From Amphiscolops sp. MND2022 (lineage: Eukaryota), in the NCBI GenBank assembly GCA_964187785.1, contig OZ076409.1, forward strand, positions 39,558,001-39,622,000: a stretch of DNA of 64,000 bases, written 5' to 3'. The translations under genes and the position numbers were made by a program. The notes under the pieces are model-generated. The model was not told the origin of the DNA and ran no database searches. It saw nothing but the letters and a program-made list of their open reading frames with translations. This document shows, one piece after another, positions 28,801 to 43,045 of the stretch; positions within the stretch are counted from its first letter, which is position 1; each line of letters starts with the position of its first letter.

Positions 28801-29790
28801 TTCATTCAATCAACTTCCATTTTTGTTTTTATTTTCTCAATCTCAGGTCGAATTTTGGAAAATGAATTTTGGCATATACTAAAACAATTTCTTTTCCATT
28901 ATAGCTAAATTCGAATTCGTTCTGACCGGGGTTTCTAGTTCATTCTACTACTCATTTTCAAGTTTAATTTGCCTTTTTCAACTTTTTTGGTCACGCGGAG
29001 AAAAGTGTAGTTTTCGAACTATATAATAGAGCCTCTAAAATGTTATGGGTAATGTATATAACGGGTTTAGACTGGGTAGACGTTGATGCTAAGAAAAATA
29101 TCATCTCACCTGTGCAGTCCGTATTAGAGCGCAAAGGCTTCTTGCAATTTCCATACTTGTCTGAAGTCAGCCTTGGACATCCTGTCGTCTGGATGTTGAA
29201 GGGATCAATATAGGCCATCTCAAGCTCCCTTGTGGTCAGTGGTGGACGTCCCTCTCTAGGGGACCGGAACTCATACACCTTCACGAAGGAGAGATGGTCT
29301 TTTTTTCTCCAGATCACGTATCAAGATTTTCGTGAGCGATATCTTTTTGACCTGTCGTTTCTACGATTTAGTAGTTGCGACAGGTCACCCGCGCAGGCTC
29401 TAGGCGGAACAACTCCCAACACTGGTTTCAAACGATTTTTTACTCTTGCAAGGTACCGGATTACATCGACGAAACTACTACATATACTTTATCTTTCGAC
29501 TATACTAGCGAGTCGAACAATTTAACAAAAGACTGAAAATTGTTTTCTTGACAACAAAACACAGAATTACATTTGGGTTAAATACGAGACTAAAGTAGTT
29601 CGAATCTTTTGTAGGGAAGAAGAGTGCAATTGTTTGATTCTAGCAACGGATGCTTTAAGGTTAAAGCGGAACGAATGAAAGAGATCCAACAGAGATACCG
29701 ACCGATGACGCTACTTCTCTGACTCAGCACCTCATGACGGACAGTCCGAGTTTACGATACCTTGCTTAGTCATGCTCGGAAACGGTTAAG
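25825..29790 (-). repeat. Long repeat, copy 2 (interrupted by ~0.9 kb of unrelated sequence at ~26450-27350)
   Basis: Collinear with 14380-17830. Ends ...gacagtccgagtttacgata...cttagtcatgct, matching ~17780-17820. Confidence 0.78.
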
Positions 29791-30850
29791 CACCGAAAGA
29801 AAGGCGAAATTGCGTGTTGTATTCAGTATTTTCAATTTTTCCTTCATTCCGGTGCTTTTAAGACCAGGAGTGGCTAAATTTAAGATTTCGTTAACATCCC
29901 GCTCGAGTTGTTTTTTTACTTTCGGACAAAAAGTCCGCTGACACTGTGTCAGGACCAGGTACCGTTTCAAAGGCAAAAGCGTCATCTTCTGGGGAAAAGA
30001 AAGGCTTGCCTAGGATTTGAATCGTTCTTTGACCACTGATCCATTGTAATTGGGATTTGTCAGATTTTGTTCAATCATGTCGGCCGTTCATTGTAGTTCC
30101 ATTAGGAATTTCAATTCTATCAGAGTTTCAGGGTTTAGACCCTCTACTACGACGAACTCGTCGTTGGCCACAAGAGTTCCGATTTTCGCTTCCGCTACTA
30201 TAACACCCTTCGTTGTTATTTCATTGGCTAGAATGCCTGTGAGGAGATATCGTGTACCGATTGCTCGGAATAATTCCAAACTCATTAAACTGCGACTCGC
30301 TCCAGTGTCTGTTACTGCTCAACGTCGACAGTCTTCCACTTCGTATGGAATCGAAAGCGTTGCTCGTGGAACGTATTCACTATGAGCAATCTGACTCGTT
30401 TTTTTTCTTGTCAGGCAAAACCTGGTTCAGAACTTCTGCATTGTTTTTAGAACAAATCTTTACAGAGGCAGGCTCTGCTTGTTATCGTCAAAGATATTTT
30501 GTTCCGGGAAACTATTTACATTAGGGAGATTTGGTTCTCTAAGATAGAATACTCCGGGACTAAACTCTTCGCACATTTGTCGCCAAACATCCCGATCGAT
30601 ACTTCGTTCGTTACTCCTAGACATAGGGCGAACATACGATTGAGTTTTGGGAAAGTTTGTAGCGACAGGGGAGGGACAGGATCCTGCGCGAGTAGAGCAT
30701 GCTTATGCATACTCTGCTGATGGTGGTTTACAGGATGTTGCTTGAGTCGGTCCGAACAGTCTTTGACCTAATGTCTTATCAAACCGCAACAGAAACACTC
30801 CGCTTTTTTCTGGCGGGGGATTCGTGATGTTCGCATTTCCGGACAAACCT
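29790..30850 (-). mobile_element. Second, internally deleted copy of the Gypsy gag/protease region
   Basis: Collinear with ~21520-22540. tgtgtcaggaccaggtac occurs at ~21626 and ~29945; cgacagtcttccacttcgta.ggaat.gaaagcgttg at ~21990 and ~30327. Confidence 0.85.
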
Positions 30851-30919
30851 ACCTGAGATTTATTTTCAAAGTTTCTCCCGGTCAAGTTCTCGTTGTTCTC
30901 GTTTTGGCTGCGTTTCCCT

Positions 30920-31680
30920 TCTGTTTTCTCCGTTATTTTGGTTTATTCTCCCCTCGCAGCAAGGCAGTCTTGCCGGCGTGAATTCTCAGCCTGGAAGCGT
31001 TTTAAATCAGTTATACAATACTTCTTATTTAACATTGGCCGATTTTGATACTTTTTCTGATCATCCACTTATCAATATTACAAAAAGCCCAAATTATTCT
31101 GTGACTAGCGAGTGCATTGATTCAATGCAGGGGAATATGGATTTTAGGGGACTATCTAACTTCATTTTCCGTTATAGATCAAATTGTAACTAGATGGTAA
31201 CGTTACTGTAATCATGTTAATAATTTTATTGATTTAATTCAGAGCGGGCCTCGGGATAAAATGGCGAGTTATTAAGGATTCACAATTCAACGGCCGGATG
31301 ATTTATATTATATTCTAAGTTTGCGGCCACATGCTGTTCTCACCGTAGATACAGGTAAGCCTGCAGTTTTATCGGGTTGGGATGCTTCTATTATTGCGGA
31401 TTCCATGATCATGACAAGTACGCTAGACGAATGCAATGTGGGTACGACGTGGAGGAAGATATTACAGACTCAGGGCAGAGGGGAATTTCGACTATGGGTG
31501 TTTTCTCCAGCGGAGGGTCCTCAAGCTTCAAAAAACAGCTTCGCAACTACTGGATTTTTTGAGAGACATTTTGTCCACATTTTCCTAACAATTTATCTCT
31601 TTAACTCTTTTGTTTAGTGATTGATATCACACTCGGTTTCACATTAACAGGTCAGCAAAAATTTGTCAAAAATCCTACAA
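30920..31680 (-). repeat. Long repeat, third partial copy
   Basis: Matches ~15490-16410 and ~27740-28640, e.g. gtggaggaagatattac.gac...gggcagag and cctcaagcttcaaaaa.acagcttcgcaa. Confidence 0.8.
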
Positions 31681-33019
31681 TGTTTTTATATTCTGTCTTC
31701 TCGTCTTGTAATATGTAGTCAGGTATTTTTTGCCTTCGAACAATTTGTATAGTATTTCCTGCTTTTTTGGCGTTTCGAGGTTTTTGTAAATAACAAACTT
31801 CAAATTTCACTCCTAAAAAGTTTGCTAATCAAGGTCTTAGCCTGTCTGAGTGTGTGAATTTTGAGACCCACCAAAACATCAAGAAAGGAAAAAGAAATCC
31901 ATAAAGACGTCCAAAACTGAAAAAAAATACGATTCATGCTTTTTATTGACTTTTTCATTTTTGAACTTACAAATTCCTCCAAAAAAGTATCCATAATACG
32001 TATTTTTTAAGCTCTGTATTTGTTCATATCTGCGCAAAACGTCCAAAAATTGTACTGAAAAGGCTTCAAGGTGTCAAATTCTGAATGTAAGTTCATTCTC
32101 TCGACTTAATATTCAAATTCAATTTTGAAAGTTGAATTCTGGTTTCTGCTTGAATTTTGTGGAACAATTGTATAATTTGGGTATGAAATTCGAACACGGC
32201 AAACTTTGGAAACAAAGGCAACTGATTGGGTAATTTTTTTCTCATTGCGATTTGTGGGCAGAATATAACAAAATCCGAAGTCATCGAAAAGATGAAGAGG
32301 AGAACATAGCTGAAAAGGTGTCAAAAAAGCCCAGGAGGACGGTTTCTTGTTCGAAATTTGAATGCAGACTTTCACAGAGCTCACAATGTTTTTGGTGAAC
32401 ATTTCTTACAAAATGCGTTGCCTCACAATATTATGCCTTCCGTTTTCAGTAGATGACATTGTGCTCAGACTTGAAGGTTTGTAGGCGGAGGTCGAGGTTC
32501 CAACTTGATATTAAAGTGTGTCCAACTTCCATGAAAACATCTTGTAACATTATCGCGAAAATATCCCAAGACAACTCGACCTCCTAAGCACCGAAAACAA
32601 GTTTAGCACTGGAGTTTCCTAGAATCACTTTTCCTCCACAATTCTGTCGAAATCCAGGCTTCCTTTGCACGTGGCCCCTTTCTCTTAGCCTAGGAGCTAA
32701 CATTAGTTTCACCATCTCTTTCTCACCGATAGCCGCCATCTTTTAGAGGCGAACCAGATATGAAAGTATTTATAAAATGCGGGGAGAAAATATTCATCGT
32801 ATAATTTTGAACTATTTTTTGAACTCATTTTTCTGAAGCAATGACTCATCGATTCCAAATGAAATTGCATTCATAACATAACACCGCCTGCCTTGATTTC
32901 ACAGAAATGAAAATAACAAGAGCGTTAAACACGCAAGAGCAATGGAATAAAACACAGTAAGAGAAAAAAAGATTGGGTGAAACAAAGTCATATGAAATCA
33001 ACATTGAAATTAGCATCGA

Positions 33020-36000
33020 ATATTTTCGTCAATTCCTGCATCGGTCGATTGTAGATTTTTGTAGCGGTTTTTATTTTTTCAATTTTCACAAACTTGTCTG
33101 GGCCGGTGTAGACATGTTGAATTTTAGCCAATGGCCACTGCAGTGGGAGAACATCATCGTCAATTACAAAAACAATGTAACAATGTCATCAACTTTTATT
33201 ATAGAAGTTTCTAGTCTTCTTTTATTTCTCTCTTGTAGGGAGAGTACATACTCTTTGACCCATCTTTTCCAAAAATGAGAGACCATATTTTGGATTTGTG
33301 CCCATCCTCTTGTCGGTGATTGTGTACTGTCAAGATTTTTGGTACATTAGTAGTCTGTCTCTAAAGGTAAATTCTCCAACTTTCCACCCAAGCAGAAATG
33401 AGCAGGAGATAAGAAAAACTCGTCATTGGAACCTTTTGATAATAGGCAGATTGGTCTTCAAATCAAAATCAATTCAATTCGACAAAGTAGCATACATAAT
33501 TTTTTTAGGAGAGAATTTTGATTCCCATAACTTTTCGGAGATATATCTTTGCACATTTGATTGCTGATTCCCATAGGCCACCATTTGAGGAGCTCTTGGA
33601 GGGATGAAGAACCACTTGATGTGCAAGCCTGCAGCAAGGAGTCAGAGTATTCAACTATTAATATCTTTTGCAGGTCTGCTTTTTCTTTCTACGAACCAAC
33701 AAAGTTTTCCCATTGTAATTATGAAAAAGTTAGTTCAACCTCTGCGAGAGACGAATCTTCTAATGGCTGCAATACATGCTGCTGTACTAAGATCAGATAC
33801 TACTTCCAGGTGAACTGCTTTATTGGCAAAGCACACAAAAGTGCTAAGTACAATTTTCCAGGAGAACTTGGAGTATTCCTACAAAAAAGGACCTGCATAC
33901 TCTGGGCCTACATCCTCAAAAGCTTTCAGAGGAGTGTCAACTCTTGCTTTTGTAAGATTTCCCATCAAAACGAAAACTGGCTTCAAGTTGAAGCGATTTC
34001 AATTGACACAATTCATTATCAATTTCCGAACTAATTTTATACAACTGGGAATCCAAACACGATTTCTAAAATGGGCAATTGTTTAATTAGTCCCACCATG
34101 GAATGTCGGCTGCTGGAAATTCTATACAACTAGGCCTGCGAGAAGACTGTCTTGAGGAAATAGTCGTTGAAACTTCGTTTCTTTGGGTACCATTGCATGT
34201 ACTAAACTTCTTCCAGCACAAAGAATACCATTATCGAAAGGGGGTAATCTGCATATTTGACTATTGGGCTCCACTTGTTGCGCAATTCTTAGAGTTTGGA
34301 TTTCTACCGAACATCGTTTCTACCGTTCCTGGTGAATCAAAACTATGACGGACTCCGTTAACTCTGGGGAGTAATGTATCTCGGTGAAACAACCACGTTC
34401 TTCTGTAGTTGATTGGTAAAACTTCTAGCATAAGCCAGTATTGGGGGTACTTTGTTTAAAGAGTTGAATTTCGACAAATCGATGACAGCTTTTTTGATAT
34501 CCCTGAGAGCCATAGAGGTATGATGATTGGTATTTTCTGATGTTTGAGTCATTTTTTCCAGCTCTTCAGGCGTTTCACCAAATGAAAACTATTATCGAAA
34601 CTCTTCTGTTATTAACCACTTCGGACTATTCCACAATTATTCATGCCACTTTTATTTGTCAGTGTTTTTTCCTCGAAACGCAGGATCCACAGGAATCTCC
34701 TCGGAACACGCATGTTTCCATTTCAATTTTTTAAACTTTGAATTTCACTAATTTTGTTTGAACTAAAAGTTGACCAGCGAAATGGTTTATTAGACAACCG
34801 ACAGAGAACTATTTTCGATTTATTCCACGCGAAGGTTTCTTCAAAAACAACTGGCGTTTGACAAAGTGACTTGATAACAGGCTGAAATAACCTAGTGCCT
34901 AGCAGAGCAGCATATAATTCCGATGTTGGAACAGATTGTGATTTCACGGGGGCTACCTTGGTTTTGGAAACAAGCAATGATGACTTCCACCTGCCATGAG
35001 AATCAGTGGCAACAATATGAATGCTGGCGGCGTAAGCTTTTTCTGATGCATCGCAGAAGAGATGCAACACAATTTTGTCTGAGAATCCATGAAGTAATAC
35101 GATTCGTTGCAATTCCACGTCCTTTAAAGAGATCAATTTCGATCTCCAATTCAAATGATGGTCGGCATGTTCGAAAGGAAGGTGAGCATTCCATGAAAAA
35201 CTTGCTGCCCAAGACCTTTGCATTAATTGTTTCAAGAAAATGGTAACTGGTGATAACCAACCCAATGGGTCAAAGATTTTTGAAATGTCACTGAGCACAT
35301 GCTTTTTGGTCAAAACTTTTCCTTGAAAATTTTCATCTTCGATGTGGGGAACCTTAAAAACGAAGCGATCTTCGCTGTGTTGTCAAACAATACCGAGCGT
35401 TTTCATTGTATGGTCTTTGTCTAAAACCTCTTTGCCAATTGCTTCGCGGAACTCAGGCAAAAAGTCTAGAGTATTGCTTGATTCGTTCGAATTCCACTTG
35501 CGGACATCAAATAGTCCTCATTCAAGAGATTCTACTAATTTCTTTTGGAGTATCCGAGCTTCATCAATCAAATTGGTTCCAGTGTGAATGTCATCAGCTT
35601 AACAACGTCTCAATATAGCTCTTTGCACCTCAGTGGGTACTACCGAAAAATTGGCGCATCCTCGAAAAGACAGGATTGAATGATACGATGAGGACGCTAT
35701 GGCATATGTAACTCGGGTCATGCGTAATGCTGCAATCTAACCATTAGCTGTGAATCTCCAAAGAACCTGATGGAATTCTAATTGGATTTATCCAGCTCAA
35801 CTTGCCAGTACTTTTTCGCTACTTCAGCTGATAAAGCAACCTTGAAGAAACGCAATCGTAAAAAAATATTAAAGAAATCACCTTGAAGTTTGGGGCCAAC
35901 TAGAAAAAAATCATTTGGTGAAAAACCAGTAGTCGATTTAGCACTAGCGTCAAATACAACACGCAACTTGGTGGTCGTACTAATTCCTTTCAACAGGCAA

Positions 36001-36780
36001 TGATGAGGCAAGTAGCAGTTTGTAGAATTATTAGTCTCCACGGGTTGGACCTTCTCCAAGTGTCCAAGGTTGGTGAATTCTTGAATGAAAGATGAATACT
36101 TTCGGTAAAGGTCGACATTGTGGCGCCAAGTGTCTTCAAGACGGACGAAACGCTTCATTGCGTTCGCTTTCGAAAGACCTAAATTGTGGGGTCCCTCTTT
36201 AAATGGCATCTGTACTACAAAACAACCGTCGTCACTGCGTCTTGTAGTGCTATCGAAGTGCTCTTCACAACGACGCTCTTCGAAAGTTAAGTGCCTAGTT
36301 TCACGCACCTTTTTTGTTTCCCAAACTTTCAAAAGGAGTTTGTCAGAGTCACAATTTGGAGTTTTAGTCATATGGGACAAAACGTTGTTACTGCCAGACG
36401 TGTAGACAGGACCAGACACAACCCAATCGAGCATGTAATCCCGAATGCACAAGCCGTTATCCTTTATTTTGTTATCAAGCAAAATATCATCTACAAATGA
36501 ATTCATACTTGAATAAGTTTTTTTAGTTGTGTGTTGATCAAGGAGCAGTTTTTGAGGTCGATGAATCAATGTGTGGTGTTTCATTTTGCACTCACGGCAA
36601 GTGAACTTAGATGGGCACGCATTTGATGAGTGTCCTGATTGGAAGCAGCTAAAACAGAGTTTTTTGTCTTTACCGAACTTTTGTCTATGAGAATGACACA
36701 TTCCTTTGGGTTGTGAAGAAGTGTAAAGGCGATAATCCTGCTATATAGATTCACACGATGAGCCTTGAACTGCATAATTC
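33020..36780 (-). mobile_element. Decayed BEL/Pao LTR retrotransposon polyprotein
   Basis: Gag knuckles CFSCFQSGH...CPSKFTCREC..KHHTLIH; RT YLPHH...STTTKLRVVFDASAK...VGPKLQ; Pao region TKKHVLSDISKIFDPLGWLSPV and LHLFCDASEKAYAA...LLVSKTKVAP. Fragmented integrase lies at lower coordinates. Confidence 0.93.
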
Positions 36781-36862
36781 TGAAACCTTCTCGCGTATTT
36801 TATCGCGCAAGAAATGCAGCTTGATAGCAAAATGCTTAGCTTTGTGAGAACTGACACCGTTT

Positions 36863-37454
36863 TTAGTCGGCGCATTTTAGAAGAAAATGAGCCCGACTAT
36901 TACAGTGGCAAGTTTTTTTTATTTCTTTTTTTTCGTCAGACCACAGAATGTATGCGTAGTGGACACTTTTTACAGAACTACTAAAAGTACTGAACCGGCA
37001 GGCGGAACGACATCTGAGTTACTGCAAAGGGTCCCCCCTTTCGTGTACTCAATTTTTAACGTAAGATACAAAACCGGACGGGACTACAGGGTCCCCCCTT
37101 TGAATTTTTTTCGGCACTGTGCGACTTTTTTTTCGAATTTTCTTTTGTGGCCAAACGGTCCCTCCTTCAAATTTTTTTGATATTTTGCAGCAAACCGAAG
37201 TTTCAAAAAGCCCAAAGGGTCCCCCCTCTCTAGTTTTCGGCACTGTGAGACTGTTTCGAAATTCTCATTTTTCATTTTTTCGAAAGTTTTTTCAAAAAAA
37301 ATTCCGGATTTTTTTATTGTCCAATTTTTTTGATATTTTGCAACAGACTGGATTTTCAAAAAGCTGAAAGGGCCCCCCCCTTTTACAAGTTTAAAAACTT
37401 AGCGCTTTTTTGAGCCTTAGATATAGCGCCGACTTTAGACGTTCCCGTCTTGTT
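36863..37454 (+). mobile_element. HINE-like element, full-length; abuts the truncated 5' side of the BEL/Pao copy
   Basis: 5' ttAGTCGGCGC; 3' GCGCCGACT-tt-AGACG-ttcc-CGTCT-tgtt; internal G/C- and A/T-run minisatellite. Confidence 0.78.
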
Positions 37455-38595
37455 AGTCCTTGCCTGATTGTCAACAAAGACAGAACTCAGTAATGATTTG
37501 TTCATACCAAGCTGTACACCTAACTCTCTCAGAACTATATAAATTATAGGTTTCCAAACAATTTTGTTGTTTTTAGTCCTTTTTTCTCCTAGAGTTTTGG
37601 CAGCAGTTGACATACGAAAGCAAGAGAATTGAATGGTTCAAGCAATTCAACCTGTGGAATTTCCATTGAACTTTGGTTGGGTTTTCATTGCAAACATTTT
37701 AGTTCAAAACACTTGCCAACTGTGAAAAAGGTAATGTGTGAAGTTGTTTCTAGAAAAAACTTTTGAAGGTGTTTGTTTGATCAAGTTGTATGATTGGTAA
37801 CAACTCTTGAGTATTTAAAGGTTTTTTTATGAAAAATCACAAAAACTTATCCATCTTGATTATTATACTTTTGATGATGACAATAGCGTAAAGTAAATGT
37901 TAGGTTATTAGAAGGCATTCAGGAATAAGATGCAATAACTTCTCAAAAATTAGGTTTCGAAGGTCTTAGAGTGGTAAGAGAATTAACGATTAGGGTTTAA
38001 TTCAAAAGTTCAGTGACTGTGCAAAAACGTTTTTTGGTCGAAGAGTTCAGATTGCTGTGGGGGGGGGGGGCATGTTGAAATTGTAGTTGAGTAGCTGATT
38101 GAATTTTCTCAAAGTTTGAGTAAACAAATATTTGCAAATACTTGTTTACTCACATTTTGAGAAATTGAATTTTTCAAGTTTTCGGATAACGTCTTTAAAA
38201 TACTTGAACCAAATGATATAAAATTACAACTATATTTTTCATGGTGCATTGGGACTTATGAAAACTATAGTCGTTTTCTATAATTCTAAATAATTTCGTT
38301 CAATAATTTTAAATTCGTTATCCGAAAACTTGGAATAATTCAATTTAGAAACTCAAAACAATACTTGATCCTGAATCCACACATTGCTAAAAACCCAGAG
38401 GTGGAGCCGTTTTGTCTCATGGTTTTGGGAAAACTTGTACATTTATCAAAGAGGGATTCTTTGGATGCATTCCAGATGTTATACTGGGTCTCTTCAAAAA
38501 GTAAACCAATCAGTGCGAGGTCTGTCGTGTGGTAAAATTAGGGAAAATTTGCCAATCTGAGAGTCGGGCAGATTTTCTTACAGATAATACTTACT

Positions 38596-39083
38596 AACAA
38601 GACGGGAACGTCTAAAGTCGGCGCTAAATCTAACGCTCAAAAAGCGCAGTTTTAAAAATATGCGTACATTTTCATGAAAAACTCCTGTTTTCGAGCCTCC
38701 GCCTCCTCCTTAGTAAAACGCAATAAAGTTCGGATACAGCGTCAGAAATTCGGATGTAGCGCTTTACTCCGGATATTACGTCAAAATTTCGGAGAAATTT
38801 AGAAAAAAATGATTTGTGGGTATATATTGAAAGAACACAATTTCAGACTAAAAACGAGAAACAGTACCATAGTGCCGAAAGTTTTAAAAGGGAGACCCTT
38901 TGTGCTTTCTGAAACTCCAAGTTGCAGTAAAATATCAAAAAAATTTGAAGGCGGACCTTTTGTAGACAAAAAAATTTCGAAAAATAATCGCACAGTGCCG
39001 AAAAAATTCAAAGAGAGGACCCTATAGTCTCGTCCGGTTTTGTTATCTTACGGCGCGCCGACTTAAGGAAAATGCGCCGACTG
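38596..39083 (-). mobile_element. HINE-like element
   Basis: Plus strand begins aacaagacgggaacgtctaaagtcggcgc and ends gcgccgacttaagg...tgcgccgactga. Confidence 0.72.
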
Positions 39084-39560
39084 ATAAAAAAGAGCCTTAA
39101 CAAGATTCGTACCGATGGCCATCATTCTGGTAGCTTATGCAACCAAGCAATTGGTTGTCAATACCTGAGTTTCAAAAACGAAATTGAATTTCATTGGAAA
39201 AGTTGAAAAGGCAAATTCATATAATTTAGTTTTGAAAATAAAGTCGGATACGATGATTTGTGACTATTTACAAGGGGAGTTTTGGTCTGGAACAAGACGT
39301 CCGTTGACCACCGGAATTTTTACGGCCCCAAACTGTTCCACTACGACATGAGTTTGAGGCTGAAAAGTAGCCAATGCACTATGAAAGTGCATAAGAGTTG
39401 AATGAAAAGTTTGGAGCGTTTTTGATTCATCTTATCCCATTTCTAGAGCAAACACTTGATTTTAAAAACGCTAAAAATTGAGTTTTTGAACTAAGTGGAT
39501 ACCAGTATTTAATTTACCAAATTTTGCTGTTTATATACACTAAAAGCCACTATAAATTTC

Positions 39561-40266
39561 AACAAGCCGGGACCGGCCCAAGTCGGCAACATCCAAGGCT
39601 CAAAAATAGCAAAAGAATTTCCAAGAGTCAATTTACAGTACTCGAAAATCGAAAAAGCAACAAAATGGACTGAGTGGCGCACCGGGCCCGCTAGCGCGAG
39701 CCCCTGGTGTGCTAAAAGAGGGACACTTCCGAAATTGTCAACATTTTTGTCGCACTTGAAGGGGGGACCCTTTTGAAAAAAAAATTCAAAAAAATCTCAC
39801 AATGCCGAAAAACTGAAAGTGTGACCATTTGAGATTTTTAAATACCCAATCTGTTGTAAAATATCAAAGAAAGTGAAGGGGACCCTTTGGAGAGGAAAAA
39901 ATTTTCGAAAAAAATCTCGCAATGCCGAAGAACTGAAAGGGGGGCCATTTGGGAATTTCCAAAATCCATTCTGACGCAAAACAGCAGCAAAAAAATTGAA
40001 GGGGGGACCCTTTGGGGAAAAAAGTCCGAAAAAAAAGCCTCGCAGTGCCGAAAAACATTAAAGGATGGACCCTTTGGGTCGCCTTTTATGGTATGTTACG
40101 CGGAAAAACAGGAAAAACTTTTTTGGTTCAGTTCACTAGGCCAAATGGTGCAATTTGGTGCAATAATATTTTGTAGAACTTTCAAGAACTCTTTTGGTAA
40201 GTTTGTGTGGATAGGAAAAAAGAGTCGCTATAATAGTCGCGTTTCACTCCATGAAGCGCCGACTTA
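39561..40266 (-). mobile_element. HINE-like element
   Basis: Plus strand begins aacaagccgggaccggcccaagtcggca and ends atgaagcgccgactta. Confidence 0.72.
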
Positions 40267-42789
40267 AAAGTGGAATTACTTGAAATTTTTTAATACTTGA
40301 TGTCCTTTTGATGCGCATCTCGAACACGAAACTGCACATATCTCTTTCCCACAATGCATGCCGGATACGAATTCAGTCGATGGTGAATGTTTACACAAAT
40401 CTGACCAACGAAACAGCAAAAAAACTTTACGAAAAGTGCTTGAAAGCGTCAAACACTTTTTAATTTTTAGAAGAATTTTTGATTCTTTTCTCTACCTTGA
40501 AATAGAAAAGTTTTATTATAAAAGGCGCACAGCATAGATAGTTATTTCGTTTGAAAGCTAATGAAGAAAAAATTCAAAAAAAAATCGGAAAAAAATTTTT
40601 TTATATTTTTGGTGACTTTCTCTTTCTTTTTCGCAGCAGTGCAATTACTTTTCGGAACCTGTACTGGTAGCAACAAGTTTTGACGCTGGGCCTATGTACT
40701 TTCTAATTTAGAAAAGCATTCGATAGTTGTCCAATTGAGGAGTATCTGGTCGATAAAGAAGAAACTTCGGAATTTTTGACTCTTTGTTCTCACCATCTGG
40801 CTCGTTGGAAGTTTTATTCAGCAAGGAATTACTGTAAAATAACTAAAATCGTCTCTAATCTGTCGAAAATGAGGTCTTTTCAAATCATTTTCCGAAATTG
40901 GTGTGTTTTTCAGGCCAACTTTAACAAGTTTTAGTTTTCATTTCCTGAAAAACGATTCTTGGATACCGGGTGTAGTCGTTGGTGAGGTTTTGAAGAAGTG
41001 TCGTTCACGAAATTGCTCAAAGTTTTTAGGAAAAGCTGCAAAAAAGTCAAAAACTTGTATTATATTGAAAAGTTTTGGTCATTCGGAGATGGTTTTCTTC
41101 GAAAAAAAACTAAAGTTCTCTCTTTTGAAAGCGTGCTGCGGAAATAGTTGTATCGTCTGAATCTTTTCGCAGATTTTTAATTGCCAACCTTTTGAGTATA
41201 AAACTACAAAAAATCGCGAAAACTGAAAAGGTTCATTTTGAGGCACTTTTTCCTATCAGAATTTTGCAACGAGCCCACTTGATACCGCGTCTTTTCGTTG
41301 TTGAATGTTTTTATTATTCTAACGCACGAGCACTTTTGACAACTTCACGAAATTGGTAAACAAAAAAGGTCGAAATTTGGAAACTTTTGGGCTTTTGACT
41401 GTTTTGGTCTATCAGTATTGTTTTTCCTCAAAAACTGCCACTTTTCGTTGAAAGGCGTACTGCTTGGCTAGATGTTTCGTTTGAAGCCTAATAATATTTT
41501 CAATTCACGAAACTTCACCCAAAAATATACAAAAGTGCTCTAAAAGTGTCAACACTGATAATGTCGACAAGTGGCGGGTCAATTTAAAGGATTTTCTCGC
41601 ATAAGCATGCGGATCTTTCTTCAAAAATTCTACTTGAGAACAATTTTGATCACTTTTGAACGTTTTGAACAATCTCATTACGAAATTTTGTATACAATTC
41701 ACAAAAATTGAATTAAAAAAGATGAAAAAAATTGAAATTGTCATATTTTTGTCTCTTTTGGAGTCATGCTCGAGTTCGTTTCAAGGAAACCACTGCAGCG
41801 GTCTCCTCAAAAAATTGTACTGCATACCTTGTTCTTTCGTCTTCGCTTGCTCGTTTCAACCCTCTAGTTCAAGAAAACCCTCAGAACTTAGACACGAATG
41901 ATACGAAAAACTACAAAAACTGGAAAGTTTTGATATTTTCAGAACTTCGGGGTAAATTTGAGGCTTTCTTCTTTCGAAAATTGCATTTATTTCTTCAAAA
42001 GAGCTTCCTAGACTACAATTTCTTTCCTTATTGACTGTTTTTACAATCTAAGCCACGGAGTCTTTTTTATTGGAAAACTGCTTTTATTTGTTTCAAAAAG
42101 CATCCTGGACAAGAAATTTTTCCTTGTTGAGCATTTTTTTCCTTTCTAAGCCACGAAGGGTATCGAAACTTTAACAAAAATTTCAGTAAAATGTTAAAAT
42201 GCCTGTACTTTTGGATTGTTCGTCAATTTCAGTCTCAATTTGCCGCAATTTTCTAATAATCTGCGTTCGTTTATTTCTCCAAAAAAACCTCCTCTGCTGG
42301 ATATCTTTTTTTTTCCTTTACGATATTTTTTCAACATTTCAAACCACGCAGCGATTATAAAATTTGACAAAAATTGCATAAAAACGGTAAAAATTGGAAA
42401 GTGGTGATTTTAGGGAAATTCTGGGGGTTTAGAAATAATACCAATTCGCCTGTTTTGGGCCAAAGAACCTTTTTGTGTTCCGATTTATCTGCAAAAACAT
42501 CAACACGCGGTACAAAGGACTTCCGGCAAGTATATTTGGTCATTAAATCCAACTGCTGATAAAAACTACGTTAGAAGTATTCCGTTGACTGGGCGTCATT
42601 TTGTTGTTTCATCAAGAACTGTGGGATTGTCTTGCATCAAAATTTTCCAGGCGTTTCTGAGGACATTCTGAACACTGTGAAATTCGGGCAGCTGATAGCA
42701 GTATCTAGACTTTTGAGCTATCTGCTAGTTCCTCCAGTCGTTTGATACCTTTTGAACAAATTTTATTGAACTTATGGAGAAAATAAAAA

Positions 42790-43045
42790 GGGATTGTCTA
42801 ATGTCATTTTGCCTAGGGAGGTTATTTTCATAAGCGAAACTAGCATACTGATTTCCAAAGTGCTCATTCGACTCTACATCTCCCTGTACCGATGATTGTT
42901 CAATAGCATCAGCTAATTCTCTTTCTATGGGGTTGTTACTCCCATTTCCTAGCATCACGTCCATATTTTCTATATCGGACAGCATGTCCACCTCTCTAGA
43001 TTTTCTAGCTTTTGCTATCTGGCGTCTGGTAGAAGGCACAAGATT
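42790..43045 (-). pseudogene. Truncated protein-like ORF fragment, possibly the N-terminus of a retroelement gag
   Basis: PSTRRQIAKARKSREVDMLSDIENMDVMLG...IERELADAIEQS has a basic-then-acidic natural protein composition and stops abruptly. No diagnostic motif. Confidence 0.35.
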
